DNA of 64,000 nt, taken from the NCBI RefSeq assembly GCF_001949145.1, contig NW_019091356.1, forward strand, positions 3,950,934-4,014,933, given 5' to 3'. The translations under genes were made by a program, and so were the position numbers. This document shows, piece after piece, positions 12,501 to 25,517 of the stretch (position 1 is the first letter of the stretch; every line of letters begins with the position of its first letter). This stretch comes from Acanthaster planci (Eukaryota). The notes below the pieces were generated by a model. It saw only the letters and a list, made by a program, of their open reading frames with translations, ran no database searches and had not been told where the DNA came from.

Positions 12501-15500
12501 TCACACTCGCAGTTGCATGCAACCTCAACTATAATCTCAACAGATTCGTCGAATCCAATTGGGCGAATGGAGAACCTAATTAGGAATAAATGCGACCAAA
12601 TGAGAAAATACATGTACATTTTTATTCTAATCTCCTACATACAGTCTGAAAGGTAAAAAAGATATCTTCAAATAAAAAAAGAAAGTGTGTAACAGCAGCA
12701 CTCGTGACATTTTGATTAAGAATCAATTCTCGACATATTGAGCAGTCCAATAATAAAGATGAAATTTGCGGCGTACTTTTGGATTTCGGTTTCCGGGCAA
12801 CCCGTGGCCTCCACGCTGACATCAAAGCTAACCGTCTCACCAAGCCGTAGCCCGGTACACACTCTGGAGTCCGGACGTGGTGCCTCGTTCAGACACCGGG
12901 AGACGTACCTCACGGCGAGGTTCTCCGGCGCATTGTCCACAATCTCCACTCGCGAGGTGATTGTCTGTGGGGATACATCAGTCATTACCTATTGGTATAA
13001 ACTTATGCCGCGTTGTATCTTTATGTAGCAGTGGGTGCGAATATTGAGATCTTAACTGAGCTGGTCTGCAGTCCACCATTCCTTAGATTAAAAATCATAT
13101 TTCTTCCAAATTCCTAGAGATTATGGTCTTATTACTGTTTGTCATTTTTACCGCGTAGTTATCCTTGATCAGGTCGACGACATTTGAAGAATCGACGGCC
13201 AGTGTCCCAACTGTGGACCCCTCGATAAAATGAGCCAGATTCTGAGGAATCAAAATGAAAAGAAATATCATTCGAGTGAGCCTGGAAAGTGGAGTCGTTT
13301 TTAGTGGAGCCCCAACTTCAGGGCAACTTGTTATTCCACGAAGAATAGATAATAAGAAGATAATCATGTGATTGCGATTTTAGCTGTTTCTAGAAGCGCA
13401 AAGGAGATGAGACATACCTGGTATAAATGGACATTAGTGGATGTTACTGCAAAAATCGGGATGACGTTTTGCTCTCGCATCCTGAAGTTGAGATGCCCAA
13501 TTGAAGGGTAATCCTGCCATATCACAGAAAGGGTGAAACCTTTACATTATCAGTTACACCCAAATGAATATATTTGATCATAACAAAGCTATATGCTGCC
13601 AGAGTGCACGCGTCAAAGTGAGAATCTATTGACCAATGGAAATCGAAAGTTCAATTTACATAATGAAACGTGAGGTCTTACATATTCATTAGCTTTGGTG
13701 TTGTAGCCCGTGACTGGATCGAGGTGACACTCCCCGTTGTTTGGTTGGACTACGCCGCCGAGCTGTATCAAGAAGGAGCGAGTTTATGTCAAATTCCACA
13801 TGTGAAAATCAAAGCTTATACATTTGTGGCAGAATGATTTCATCCGTCATGATTTTTTTCTATCCAGTTAGCTCATCTTGCTTTATCTTAGTATTTTTGT
13901 TACTGTATTCGTCCTTTTACTTATTCTTCGGTCTTCTCGGTTGAGCTAGTGCCTTGAATCTAGACTTCTCTTTTCACGGGCTAAAAGTTTTTTTCAGTGG
14001 CTTATTAAATTTATCGCATTTCTTTCGATATCCCATGATTCCTAGCAGTGCAACATGGGCTATTTTCTGTGCATGGTCTCAAATCAGTACATGCAGTGTT
14101 TTTGCCCCGTACCTTTCCATCACCTGCAAAATGGAAGGCGTCATCGCTGGTGTAGACTACGATATGCCTAGCTCTGGGCAGCCAACCAATCTGATCCTGA
14201 GAAGGAAATGACAGCGGATGACGGCATCAGATATGATTTGGTTTAATAGTGCTACTTTGTATTTCAGTTGCTTTTCAATACTATTTCGTTACTGACAATA
14301 CCAGTACATTGTATATAAACTTTAATTTAGATATTGGTTGACGTCACCTACTTTGCATACTGTGACCTGCATGAGGGCGTCAAGGCCAGCCTCGGGGCGA
14401 TCCAAGTTACCAGAGACAGATGTCTCGTTGACTTTTACCTGCACAGACAATAAAGAGTGATTGTGAGTGCATGGTCCTTTCTCATTTATTCCTCAAAACT
14501 CCAGAAAAATCCTACTTAGCAAATGACATAGTCCCAGCCAAAGGGCTCAAAGTATTAGTACCAAGGTGGTTGAGGCTCTACTAAGAAATATTTCCCTTCC
14601 GCATATGAAAATCTTAGCTTTTCCTCGAGCAACTTGCCCGTGAAGACCATACTTTTCGTTTGCCATGGCCAGTTTTCTTACCGAGAATAAGTCCGTGTTC
14701 ACGTCCAAAGGAAGATGATTTCTGAAGTTATAGGGAGCCTCACATCCAGGACATGGCTGCTGAAGACTGTTTAAATATAAGTATTAAGGAAAGAGAGTTT
14801 AGTTTGTTGAGAAAGCTTCACCAGTACGCCACTCTTTGCGACGATTCTCGATTCGATTCTCATCGCATCCGACAATTTTTATCAAACACCCGGCAGACCC
14901 ATCCATATACTGACTTTGCGGGATCACGTGTTCGTGTTTACCTTTCTGGTGCTGTGTTGATGAAAGGCGCCACCGTTTTCTCGACGAAGGAGCCGAAACC
15001 CAGACGAAAATTCCTCGTAATGTTCCCCATTTCTTGCGCTGGAATGTTTCAAATGTTGAAAATAATCAGGGCAGGCTGGTATAACCATTCAACTGTGATT
15101 TCATTACTGACATGTTGAAAGGTTACAACCTAACCACAACACTTCATAGCAAAGTGCTATATGCAGCACACCATATTTTGTTAAATAGCTTGAATGCTGA
15201 TCAACATGTTGACAAATGTTTTTATCATTTGGTATTTGTGTTTCCGTTGTGACATGCACGGGTTTCCTGCATGCATCCCACTCTGCTGCATGTTCACAAG
15301 AGTCAAAGTACATGCCATAGGCTAGCAGTGTTTCGCCGGTGTAAATGGCGTGGGGCGCATGAACATTGTTCAACTGAATGCGCACAAACCCGCACTCTTT
15401 AGCGTAGTAGGAATTCACATGAGTGCGAGCTCACGATGAAAACGGCAGGAACGTGTCAGTGAATAATGATGTGACCGGATATAATGGTTATGGCCGAATA

Positions 15501-18500
15501 TAACACAGGTGCCTATGACAGTCCCTGCTAGCGGCTGCAGTTAGTTCCCTTAGATGCTCGCGTTACTCCTAGCCGCAGCCGGTTGATTCAGATACAACCC
15601 AACAAGATTTCCCAATCTTAACGAGGGCGTAGTAATTATGAACCGAATACCTACCTAAAATTTTGGCCAGGTCTTTCAGGTTATCCAAGTCATCTTGCAT
15701 AGACCGGCTCAGATCCATGACGTAGTATAGATCCACAGGATAGTCTCGTGCTTGTCGAACAGATACTCTCAGATTGGCTGTTTCCTCTGCAAGAAAAGTC
15801 AGAACCGAATACCTGAAACGATCGTAGAGCAGTCGAACANNNNNNNNNNNNNNNNNNNNNNNNNNNNNNNNNNNNNNNNNNNNNNNNNNNNNNNNNNNNN
15901 NNNNNNNNNNNNNNNNNNNNNNNNNNNNNNNNNNNNNNNNNNNNNNNNNNNNNNNNNNNNNNNNNNNNNNNNNNNNNNNNNNNNNNNNNNNNNNNNNNNN
16001 NNNNNNNNNNNNNNNNNNNNNNNNNNNNNNNNNNNNNNNNNNNNNNNNNNNNNNNNNNNNNNNNNNNNNNNNNNNNNNNNNNNNNNNNNNNNNNNNNNNN
16101 NNNNNNNNNNNNNNNNNNNNNNNNNNNNNNNNNNNNNNNNNNNNNNNNNNNNNNNNNNNNNNNNNNNNNNNNNNNNNNNNNNNNNNNNNNNNNNNNNNNN
16201 NNNNNNNNNNNNNNNNNNNNNNNNNNNNNNNNNNNNNNNNNNNNNNNNNNNNNNNNNNNNNNNNNNNNNNNNNNNNNNNNNNNNNNNNNNNNNNNNNNNN
16301 NNNTAGAGGAGTCGAACAGTCGAAACATGCGTGTCGGTGTCACAACGTAACTCAATAAAGTTCACACTAAACATTCCAACCTTGAGATTTCAACCATACA
16401 GACCTCACATAAATGTAAATCTGACATGATCTCACAGGAATAGTACCGCAAAATAAACGTCACTGATACTTGAAAAAAATTCAAACCAACTAATTGATTT
16501 ACAGCTGATCCACCCAATGAAAAACATCGAATGAAAATATCACGTCATGAATCAGGTACAGATGGAACGCGTCAGGTGAAACCGTCTTTTATCATGGGCC
16601 AAATTTCTGTATGCCCTTCTCCTTCTTTTGCATTTTGTTCTATGCGAAAAGCACACTATGGACATTTAAACTGGGAACCACAAAGCCATACCATGTAGAG
16701 AATTTCTCAAATACCCTCTGATAAACAAACAACTCAGCGTTGTATGCCATCTCCTTTTTCCCTCGCTTTAGTACTCCTTTACTCCCGTGAACTGCGATAA
16801 AGATTCTGATTGGTTCGTATTCCCTCCTTGGGTGGATTAGATTTAGGCCCCGACTGAAGGTCTATGTCGCGTCAGTTTGCGTCTGTCGGTCGGGGTAGGG
16901 CTCAACTTACTCGGTCGTAATTTCAACTTTATCCTCTGGGGCGCTACTTGCACGGCCTCCGTTGACGGACCTTCCCCAGCGTCGCTCAAAGGATCGTTCT
17001 ACGAGATAAATAAAGGCTACATTGTAGAACAAGAAAACCTATGATTGCTTCGTAAGATAAAGTTTAATCGAAGTCGCCATGCAATTAAACTCTGCGATTG
17101 AATAAAAAATGGCGATAAAACAAGCAAACTAAGTAACAAAACAAGTGGTGCTAAATGGAAACATATTTGGCATGTTTATTGTACAATATTAAGCACACGA
17201 TGTTTATTTAAAACCAGGGTTTTGCACCGTATGTGTGTCGGTAGAAGAGAGGGTTGACCGGGAGAAAGACAGATTCTTGCCCGATGGTCTTATGTCTGGA
17301 TAGATTTTTGTTGTGTGACCAAAGTCTGTTACACATATACCTGTTCTACCGCTACAGCGGTTTGTGGGAATGCTATATCTTGGCACAGACTGTTGTTCGT
17401 CAAGCTGGTGATTAAATCGCACCTCGGATAATTGGTCTCCTCCGCATAGCCCTGAAAAAGAAAACAAGTTACACACGATGAATTCAGACAGAGATTCCCA
17501 GTCGTCGCTGATTTATATGACGAGTAGGGACTTTCCCGTCCACTTTTAGATACGAAACAGTCCTGCACACTTCGCGCCACGCGCGTGTGAACCAGTGCGC
17601 GCATACGGCAATTTCATGATAACACTCGTGACAGTTCTCTTGTTGTATCGCTTGCGCCACCTACCCGTTCGTGTACAAAATCACCACTGTACCAAATCAC
17701 CATACAGTTGGATTCAGTTAACCTTCATGAAAATCTACTAAGTAGTGCGACAGAAACTAAGAATAGAAACCAGGAAAAAAAAAAGACTAACCACGCTGCA
17801 AAAGCTGGCAGCATAAACACCACGTGGTACAGCTGTATAAACGTCCGAGTGCACAAAATGAAGTTCAATTTTGGTATGAACTTAACACCACGCTAAATAG
17901 GCAGTCACACACCTGATCCTCACACCAGGCACACCTTGGATCCAATGAGATGCAGTCGCCGCAACTGCTTGCCTCCGAGCATGGATTGTCATCTAAATTT
18001 TGGGCATCTTGGGCAGAGGCTGTATCAGCCGAGAAAAACACCAAAACAGAATCAAAACTAAATCAAAAAAGGACGAAATTAAACTGCCGGGGAAGCATAA
18101 AAAATGCTAAGTTTTCCAGTCGTGTTCACCATAATTACAGGCTGTCTGGAATTGTAAGTAAAAAGACACGGGTCGACAGATGAGTCAGAAATACAGTCGA
18201 AACATTTTTGGACATAAACCAAATAGGAACTACACTGGATAAATTGAAATTGGTTTTCCGTGTTTTTAAAGCACGTTGACACATAGTGAAAGCTTTAAGC
18301 TTGTCTAGAATAAGGAACAATTTTATGGCTTTCGAGAGGAAAACAGGAAATGAAGTGTATGTAAAATGTAATTTGATCTTCGGGGTAAGTCCTTAATGAA
18401 CTCAAAAATATATCGGACGAATGCAAGATTCTATACCCTTCAAATTCAAACATTACGTATTCCTTGACATGCCCTTTGCAGTGGCAATGCAAAATCGGTA

Positions 18501-18753
18501 AGATTATACTCTCGCACATGTCCTGTCATACTCCTCGAAATAAGGAGTCAAGTTACAGATAAACTCTTCACAGTACAACATTTTGTTTCAAATCCACACT
18601 CTGACACACACCGACCCGGTTTTATTAACCTGAGTGGAAAACAGAAACGCAACCAAATACTGCGATCTCACCTTGCATAGTGCACATCGTTGATAGTAAA
18701 CTTAGCGTTATCCCTACCCACATCCATTGTCTGTATCTCGTCATCTTGTCCAT
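9589..18753 (-). CDS. Integrin beta subunit, complete, about 831 aa, 23 coding exons
   Basis: Exons: 18753-18672 (signal peptide [27 protein letters not shown]), 18019-17913 ([14 protein letters not shown]), 17451-17341, 16998-16911, 15786-15655 ([23 protein letters not shown]), 15038-14942 ([11 protein letters not shown]), 14766-14682, 14438-14352 ([10 protein letters not shown]), 14196-14113 (FHFAGDGK), 13762-13682, 13513-13418 (DYPS), 13241-13152, 12964-12777, 12575-12491, 12362-12202, 12079-11998, 11814-11733, 11583-11456, 10949-10863 (four I-EGF repeats in this stretch), 10573-10447, 10349-10224, 10018-9792 (TM), 9651-9589 ([20 protein letters not shown], two NPxY). All GT-AG with compatible phases; total 2496 nt. 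Confidence 0.96.
15840..16303. other. Assembly gap inside an integrin beta intron
   Basis: Run of N. The flanking exons join in frame (LKLRP-K-ETANLRV), so no constitutive exon appears to be missing. Confidence 0.95.
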
Positions 18754-21700
18754 GTCTACTGCCAGTACAGGCGATATTCTCCCTTTGGCCTGCCGAATAA
18801 TCACAGGAAAGGATCACCAATGCCTGCCCAGCTTTACTTCATCTGCTCAGTTAAATAAAGATCCACATACAATGATGAAAGGATTCGGATACTTCTATCG
18901 CCATTCCGACCCTTACACTTTGCAGTTTGAAGAACCTAGGAACACTCGGTAAATCATGATTTGTCTGATTGCAGTGAAATGCGATTTCCGTTCAGTCATC
19001 CTATTGGGAACTAGGTCGTTTCTTTCTCGATTTCAAGGAGGAAGATGTGACAGCCAATAATGGTTTTTCCACATTGTGTTCTCGTTTAAAAGCCGTTTAT
19101 CACTGATAAATGGTCCTGTTTTTAACCGACGATTGCACATCAATTTATTTGGAGTGCGTGGACACGATTCCTAAACTCGTAGTAGTAAAACAGGCCACTG
19201 CAGACTCGGAATAAAATATATTCAAGTTTTGCTATACAGTTCTGTCCAACTTCAGATATATTTCAAACATATTGAACACTGTCAATCAGTGATGCAGTTT
19301 TTTGCTGTCCTTGTGTTTAATTTTGCAGCAGCTATAAATGGCGTGCTCTGTATGGTAAAACTAGTAAATTCCGAAATCACGATACAAATACAGATGTAAC
19401 GTATTATGAATGAAGCAAGTTGAAGTCGAAGCATCTTGCATCAATCACAATGGACAGAGTGATCGAGGCTTTTAAAAGCCGTGTCCAAATTACCTGGCTG
19501 CGGCTTGATATTACATACCAATCTATCAGAGTGACTTCAGCCACCTCTCGTAATTTAGTGGTATGTATTTCAATCCACAGCCAAATAATTCGGACACGGC
19601 CAACAATTTAGCTTGACAGTTGCAGGCAACATAGGATGTGGAGCAGAGAAGTCACTATAAGGGCGTGGTCTCTCTAAGTCCAGTGCGAAAGCAGGGATTC
19701 TGCTCCGTGGATTATCAATGCCAGACATGGAATAGGAAGCCACTACTTACCTTGTTAAACCTTGATTATATTGTATTATAAACAGCTTCAACCGGTGTGC
19801 TGTATCATTCACCCTAATAAATCCTCCAATCAAAGAAGCCTTTTTTTTTTTACCGTTGGCCCTTCCTTATTAAGGTCATGCTTTCTAGCTCTTTTTACCT
19901 TACGATGATCGATGAAATAAAAGTACATGCGTGTTATGATATAAAGATGGTATTCTCTCTTTTAGAAAATAATTCGCCTGTGCTTATAGCAATTCTGCCA
20001 TATTCATCTGCAAAGGTTTGATTTTGTGTTTGTAATTCACAGCCTGCTATCAGGGTTTGTGAGAACACGCGGGAACGTTATTTATACTGAATGAATGATG
20101 GTATGAAACACCCCAGTGCAGCACTCTAAATTAGAGCTGTGAAATTAATTAAAATTTGTCTATAAGGTCGGCGTATCTTAAACAGTCTCGTGATTACGCT
20201 TCCAAATAAACTATGCAAATGTGCATCTACAATTTTCCAGATGTGCCGCAAGAGCAAACATCGAGAGAGCGGCTTTTCTTGAAGATTTAATCATGACCAT
20301 CGAGGTCGATTTGGACACTGACCTACCTGCCGATGTCTTCTTTAGTAATGATGTAAAAGACGTGCAGGTACACGCAGTATTGTTTTGGATGTGACAGAGG
20401 TGGCAATCTTTTATGAAGACTCGTTCTCTTTGTTGTAAAAGTGCGAAACAGAAACCGAGACATATTAGAGCACTGGATTAAAATGTCGGCGTGCTGCTCG
20501 TCTCTTCTGAATACTTCAGTAGATAAAACCTTTTTTATCATTCATTTTCCATGGAAAAAAAAGAAAAAAATCCAATGCGAGAAAGGAGGCATTTACCTTT
20601 CGCGAGTCGCCGATCCTCAATCGTTGAGTGCAAAATGAGTTAGTCAAGGCAGTATAGAACTCGACACGCGTTCAGCTTTGGTTTTGTGTGACCAAAAACA
20701 CGGAAGGAAACCTGTAAATTCCGGTGGTGTGAACCACGTCGTGAATAGGCTGCAGTCCCATGTCAAGGACCCCATACAGCGCACCAAAGAGCAAACAGAA
20801 GGAACATGGTGACGTTTCCGCAGTGGTTGAAAAAAACATAAAAATGCTGCATGGGCTGTGTTGTCGTGACAAACAATCAGTAAGAATTTAGGTTTAGCTG
20901 ATTACTTTGGTAAGAATGATCCTTAAGTTTGCCTGGGAGTGATGAAATGCACTTGCATCCACCAATGTGGTCAGCAGACACTCGTGAGATTTCACAAGAC
21001 AGTGACGTGATCGCGCGAGAATAAACTTCTGTGACCTACACGTACATGACGAATCACTCATTGTAACAGGCTGATGAACTCTGCTCGTGTTGATTCGAAA
21101 TGTCCATGCATCACAAAGCGCTGTTGGTTGAAACATACACGGACAGTATACCCCACCCATGCATTATTACTTTTTAATCTACAGTCACATTTCCCCCAAT
21201 TCTGCGAATTTGAATTTGATGGGCATACAGCATTTCGCCACTGACGTCACAGACTACACACATGGCTGCCGATGCTTCATCTTAGAAGTGTAGAGTAAAT
21301 GCCACGTGAATATTAAACGCGCATCAGTGGTGTTACGTTCCGTGTCAGGCGAAATAACAGTGTACATGCAGCGTGTTACAAAATTATAGATTTATAAAAG
21401 GCAAAGTATTCGAAGGAATGAAGAGATTTCTACACAAGCGTACCCCCTGATCATTTTGTGGAAAACGACTTTAGACATTAATATTTAAAAATCTTGATGA
21501 GGTATTTTATCGCTCAGTGTGTGAACAGAAAAAAATATAAAGTAAGATGAAAAATCTTTAAAATCCTTTAGTTTAAAAATATTGTTTACTTTTGTACTCA
21601 TTTTCTACGGTGAACAAACGTCAGGTCTGAGAATGAAAAGACACATTTTTGAAGCTTTTTTTCTTCCTTACATCAATTTCCTAAATATACACATTGCATT

Positions 21701-24167
21701 CACATAAAAAACGTTTGAAGTAAAGTTGGCGTTGAACACAGCCAGCTGAAAAATATACGAAGCCATAGGAAAACCTGTTTAGGCAATAGTGACCGCGCAG
21801 AAGGGCGGTGAACGATGTTTCCCGACGCGGTTACACCTCGGTCTCTTCTTTTCGTTGAGGCACATCCGTAAGCAAATCTCCCAGTTATTCAACCGCCGTC
21901 GAATACCCGAACGAGCGAATCTAAAAATAACTCCTCTTAGCGGTTTCCAACGTCTGTCTCCATTCGTATTCTTTAAGGCCTACCTGTTGTTATGAATGTG
22001 CACCTGCCGAAATGCGAGACGGACTGTCATGTCTGTTCCATGCAGCTTGCAATCCACACCGTTCTTTCCGTTACAGTGCTCCTTCCTTATAGGTTTGATT
22101 CTATTTTGTGAAAACAGAATCATTCTAGTTTGGGAGGGATATATTTTATGTAACCACTTCATCATCTGTGCCACGTGATGAAAACTAACTAACTCCTATT
22201 CAACCAAATAGCGTCAGCGAAACAAAATAGGAAGTGCGATATATTGGTAACGTCAGTTTGCTCATACCGATCAAAACATGGGCAAAAATAAATATGACTT
22301 ACAGCGAAAATAGAAGCTCTTTCAATCATGAAGTATTCAACCTCTCAAGTAAATAAAATCTATTTTACTATGATTGTCTAAAGCTCGAAATGTGTCTAAT
22401 TGTAATGATCAGGTATTTATGTTTTTGGGCCTGGTTAAATATTTAGAATTTAGTAAAACGAGATACAATGCCACAAATTTTACGGCTGCTGCTATTGTGC
22501 AAGAAAGGTTCAACGTAGCTAAGGTCATTTATTTTCTGAGGTTAAGTCTTTGTGAGGAAATAAAAAAAGGACTAATTATTGGTTGATCTCGACGAGAAAG
22601 GAAATATCCATTTATAAGACGACATCCTAGTAATCAAGGGTAGGAAGAAGGTATTTCCCGTTTGAGCTCCTATGGCGACAGAATTGGCTTCTCTGTCACC
22701 GCTAGAGGTCATGCTGACCCTTCATTCTGTGACAGATGAATCCAAACAACAGTACGTTACGTCCAGCAAGGCTTAGCGATAGGATTATAATGAAATATCT
22801 CTGTATTAACGTGGGTTTATTCAATTAGAGACGACTCTTCTTCCAGATGCCTATAAGGCATCAAAGTATAAGAACTACAATAAACATAGCATTGTGTGGA
22901 TTCTCTATGGAGATATTTTTAAAAATCCTTTTCTTTGCAACAGGTATACACCATTTTGTGTCTACTGTATTAAATTTCTTCTCGTTTTTGTTCGATTGTC
23001 CCTTCAAGTGGATTGTTTAAAAATCACTTTTGCGGATTCTGCAAAGAGACTAACCTTGGACGTTTCTGTTAACTCCGTGATAAGCCGGGAAAATAAAAAT
23101 CTATGTTCACGTGTTTTCCTGGTAGAACTTTAAATCTAATTTGACGATAATATGTATGTTTTATGTTTAGACTCTCGACGAACTAGTTGTTTTATTTTTA
23201 GACTCTCGACGAACTAGTTGCATGTCTATAACTTACAAGTCTTATTCCAAGTCTCCGGGTTCTTGGTAAAAATATCCAGTGAAAACTTACACAAATCAAG
23301 TTCGTCACAACTTAGCCTTTGGAGTTTCATTTCACGTCGAACCATTATCAATTTATTGATAGCCTCGTCGTCTTTTCTTTTTAAAGGCTGAGGCAAAAGA
23401 TGAAGAAATTGCACGGTTCGAAGAACAAGACAAGTGTAGCATTGACCTCTTTGTTGGTTGAACGACCGATTCCGCCTGCCCACCCATCCAGGATATACCG
23501 AACGACAAGCCGGTTTATCCTGCTTCCGCAAGAAAAAAAAAATCATCGATGCGTTTTATTCACAGAGCACGGTGAGTTGAAACATAACGAAGTCACGAAG
23601 CGTAGATCACAATTCATGTTATCGAGTACTTGTTTATCGCGAGTCGTCTGTTTCCTTACATTTCTAGTTACCATTCACTCAGAAGTTAACATCTCGATAC
23701 AGTATTACTAAGGCCGATGACGAGACAAACTATCAAACATGTCAGTGTTAAAATGTCCAAGACTCGTCTAATTATTTATGCGTTAAAGGGGCTCTCTCTG
23801 CGCGTTGTTTAAAAATATCAAAGTTATAAGAATCCAGAGCGGCTTGACTGTACTTTTAATCGCTGCATTTTCGCGTTCCTATTTCACGGGTCAAAGAGCT
23901 CAGTGTGAAGTCTCCAAAAAGCCCCCTTCTCATTCATCCACTCCAGGGCCCCTATGATCTAAATGAAGTGCAGAACGCAGTATGAGTAAAAAATCTTGAC
24001 GAAGATTAACGCCGCTCGCATCTGTTTACAACGTTTCACTACTGCACTTCAGTGAACGCTCTCCATATACCTTACGAAGCATTCCTTAAACGCGTTTATG
24101 ATAAAACGCCTTGATGCATTCTAGATACCGTCTTCTAGTATTTGACGGCTGAACCGTCTATTGGCAG

Positions 24168-24280
24168 TATAGGTTCCGCTCAACTGTGGTTTTGCCAAGA
24201 ACCATAGTTGAGTGGAACCTACTGCCGATAGCCATACGACAAGTAACTACGGCTGACAGGCTGCAGACAAAAATAATCAA
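24168..24280 (+). mobile_element. 3' remnant of a non-LTR retrotransposon (CR1/L2-group-like ORF2 end)
   Basis: Translates as LPRTIVEWNLLP, resembling the FFPRTIxEWNxLP motif at the end of ORF2 in these LINEs. Confidence 0.55.
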
Positions 24281-25410
24281 CATGGATCTAACTACTTTTA
24301 GTTGGGGGGGCACTATTAGTGTACACTGGCAACGGCACACTTGCAATAGTATATCCCGTTTGAGGAGTATGTTTGCAGTACTGAGAAGAAAAAGAAGAAG
24401 AAAAAACATATTTACCCCTTAGACAGCTTTCCAAAGGATATTCCAAAGGTAAGGTTCACCCCGTCCCAAGACACGATCACCAGAGATCCTGCGCGGTGCC
24501 ATGTGATGGATTACCGCCGGTTTTCACTTAATGCATTCCCCATCGTGCACGAAACACAGTGTTTACAAAGGTGCCGTCAATGGCATTCCGCCATCTTGAA
24601 ATGGCGTCAACAGACATGGTCATGCATTTCTCGTTTCAAAGTCATCGATATTACAGCCAGTGTTTAAACGATGCTAAGTCAATTTCCATGGTGTTTGCAA
24701 CCTTCTTCTTTATCCACGTCCCTTTAAATAGTACCGGCTACGTGTGTCGCAATTCTATTGTAGCAGGCACAAAATATCTTAAAAAGCTATTTTACACAAT
24801 TTGAAAACACAATTTGCTGCCAACTTGTGCACTGTGGACTTGTTGGCTCTCACGTTTTCCAATTACAAGGATAAGTATCCACCTGCACCTAGTTCAGTCT
24901 GTTTTCAAACACACTATAGATTGCTGGTTCACTGAAAACACTAGTAAATCAGGTTCACCGTAAAATATGATCCTAGCCTCTGATCCAAAGGGGAATAAAA
25001 TTCAGTGTAACATGACTCACAATATTGGAGTAAAAGCATAGGAGGAATTTGTGACCTGCTACATGTATCTCTGTGGTTACCCTTGTCACCAAACACCGTA
25101 TCTGCGCCTACCAGTTCCGGACACAAATCAACAGTAGGAAAAACAGGAATCATTTCTCGAAAAGGCAGATGATCAACAGGGTAGTTTGGGACTAAGTTCA
25201 GGTTTGTTTATCCCACATTCACAATGGGCCTATAAGAGGCCTTCCCAGAAACGGACATAATAATTGTGACGAGTGTGAATGGGTGGCTCTTTATGAGGCA
25301 ACATCACGTGACCCACTAAATTCCAAAACCAGACTGAAGTCGGTAATTAGAATGTTTTCCTATTCCTCTCCCCTGCCGTTAAAGTTCATATTCTTCAAAA
25401 TAAACTATAT

Positions 25411-25517
25411 GGGGTTTGCATGCCTGCCATCTTGCAGGCCACTGCCTTTGTTCCTAAGGGTCTGCACAAAGGAGGTTTCCCTGTAGAACAAAGGAACTGC
25501 CCTGCAAAATGGCTACC
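25411..25517. repeat. Short palindromic interspersed repeat, family B (copy 1)
   Basis: Inverted arms gccatcttgcaggcca...gaactgccctgcaaaatggc; related copy at 54008-54090. Confidence 0.6.

Noticed and set aside
14439..14941. Alternative copy of the beta specificity-loop exon, as in Drosophila beta-PS 4A/4B
   Set aside because: The flanking introns are short (243 and 175 nt) and show no second PCxxC exon.
15690..16374. ORFs of 184-221 aa spanning the first gap
   Set aside because: Their length comes from the N run.
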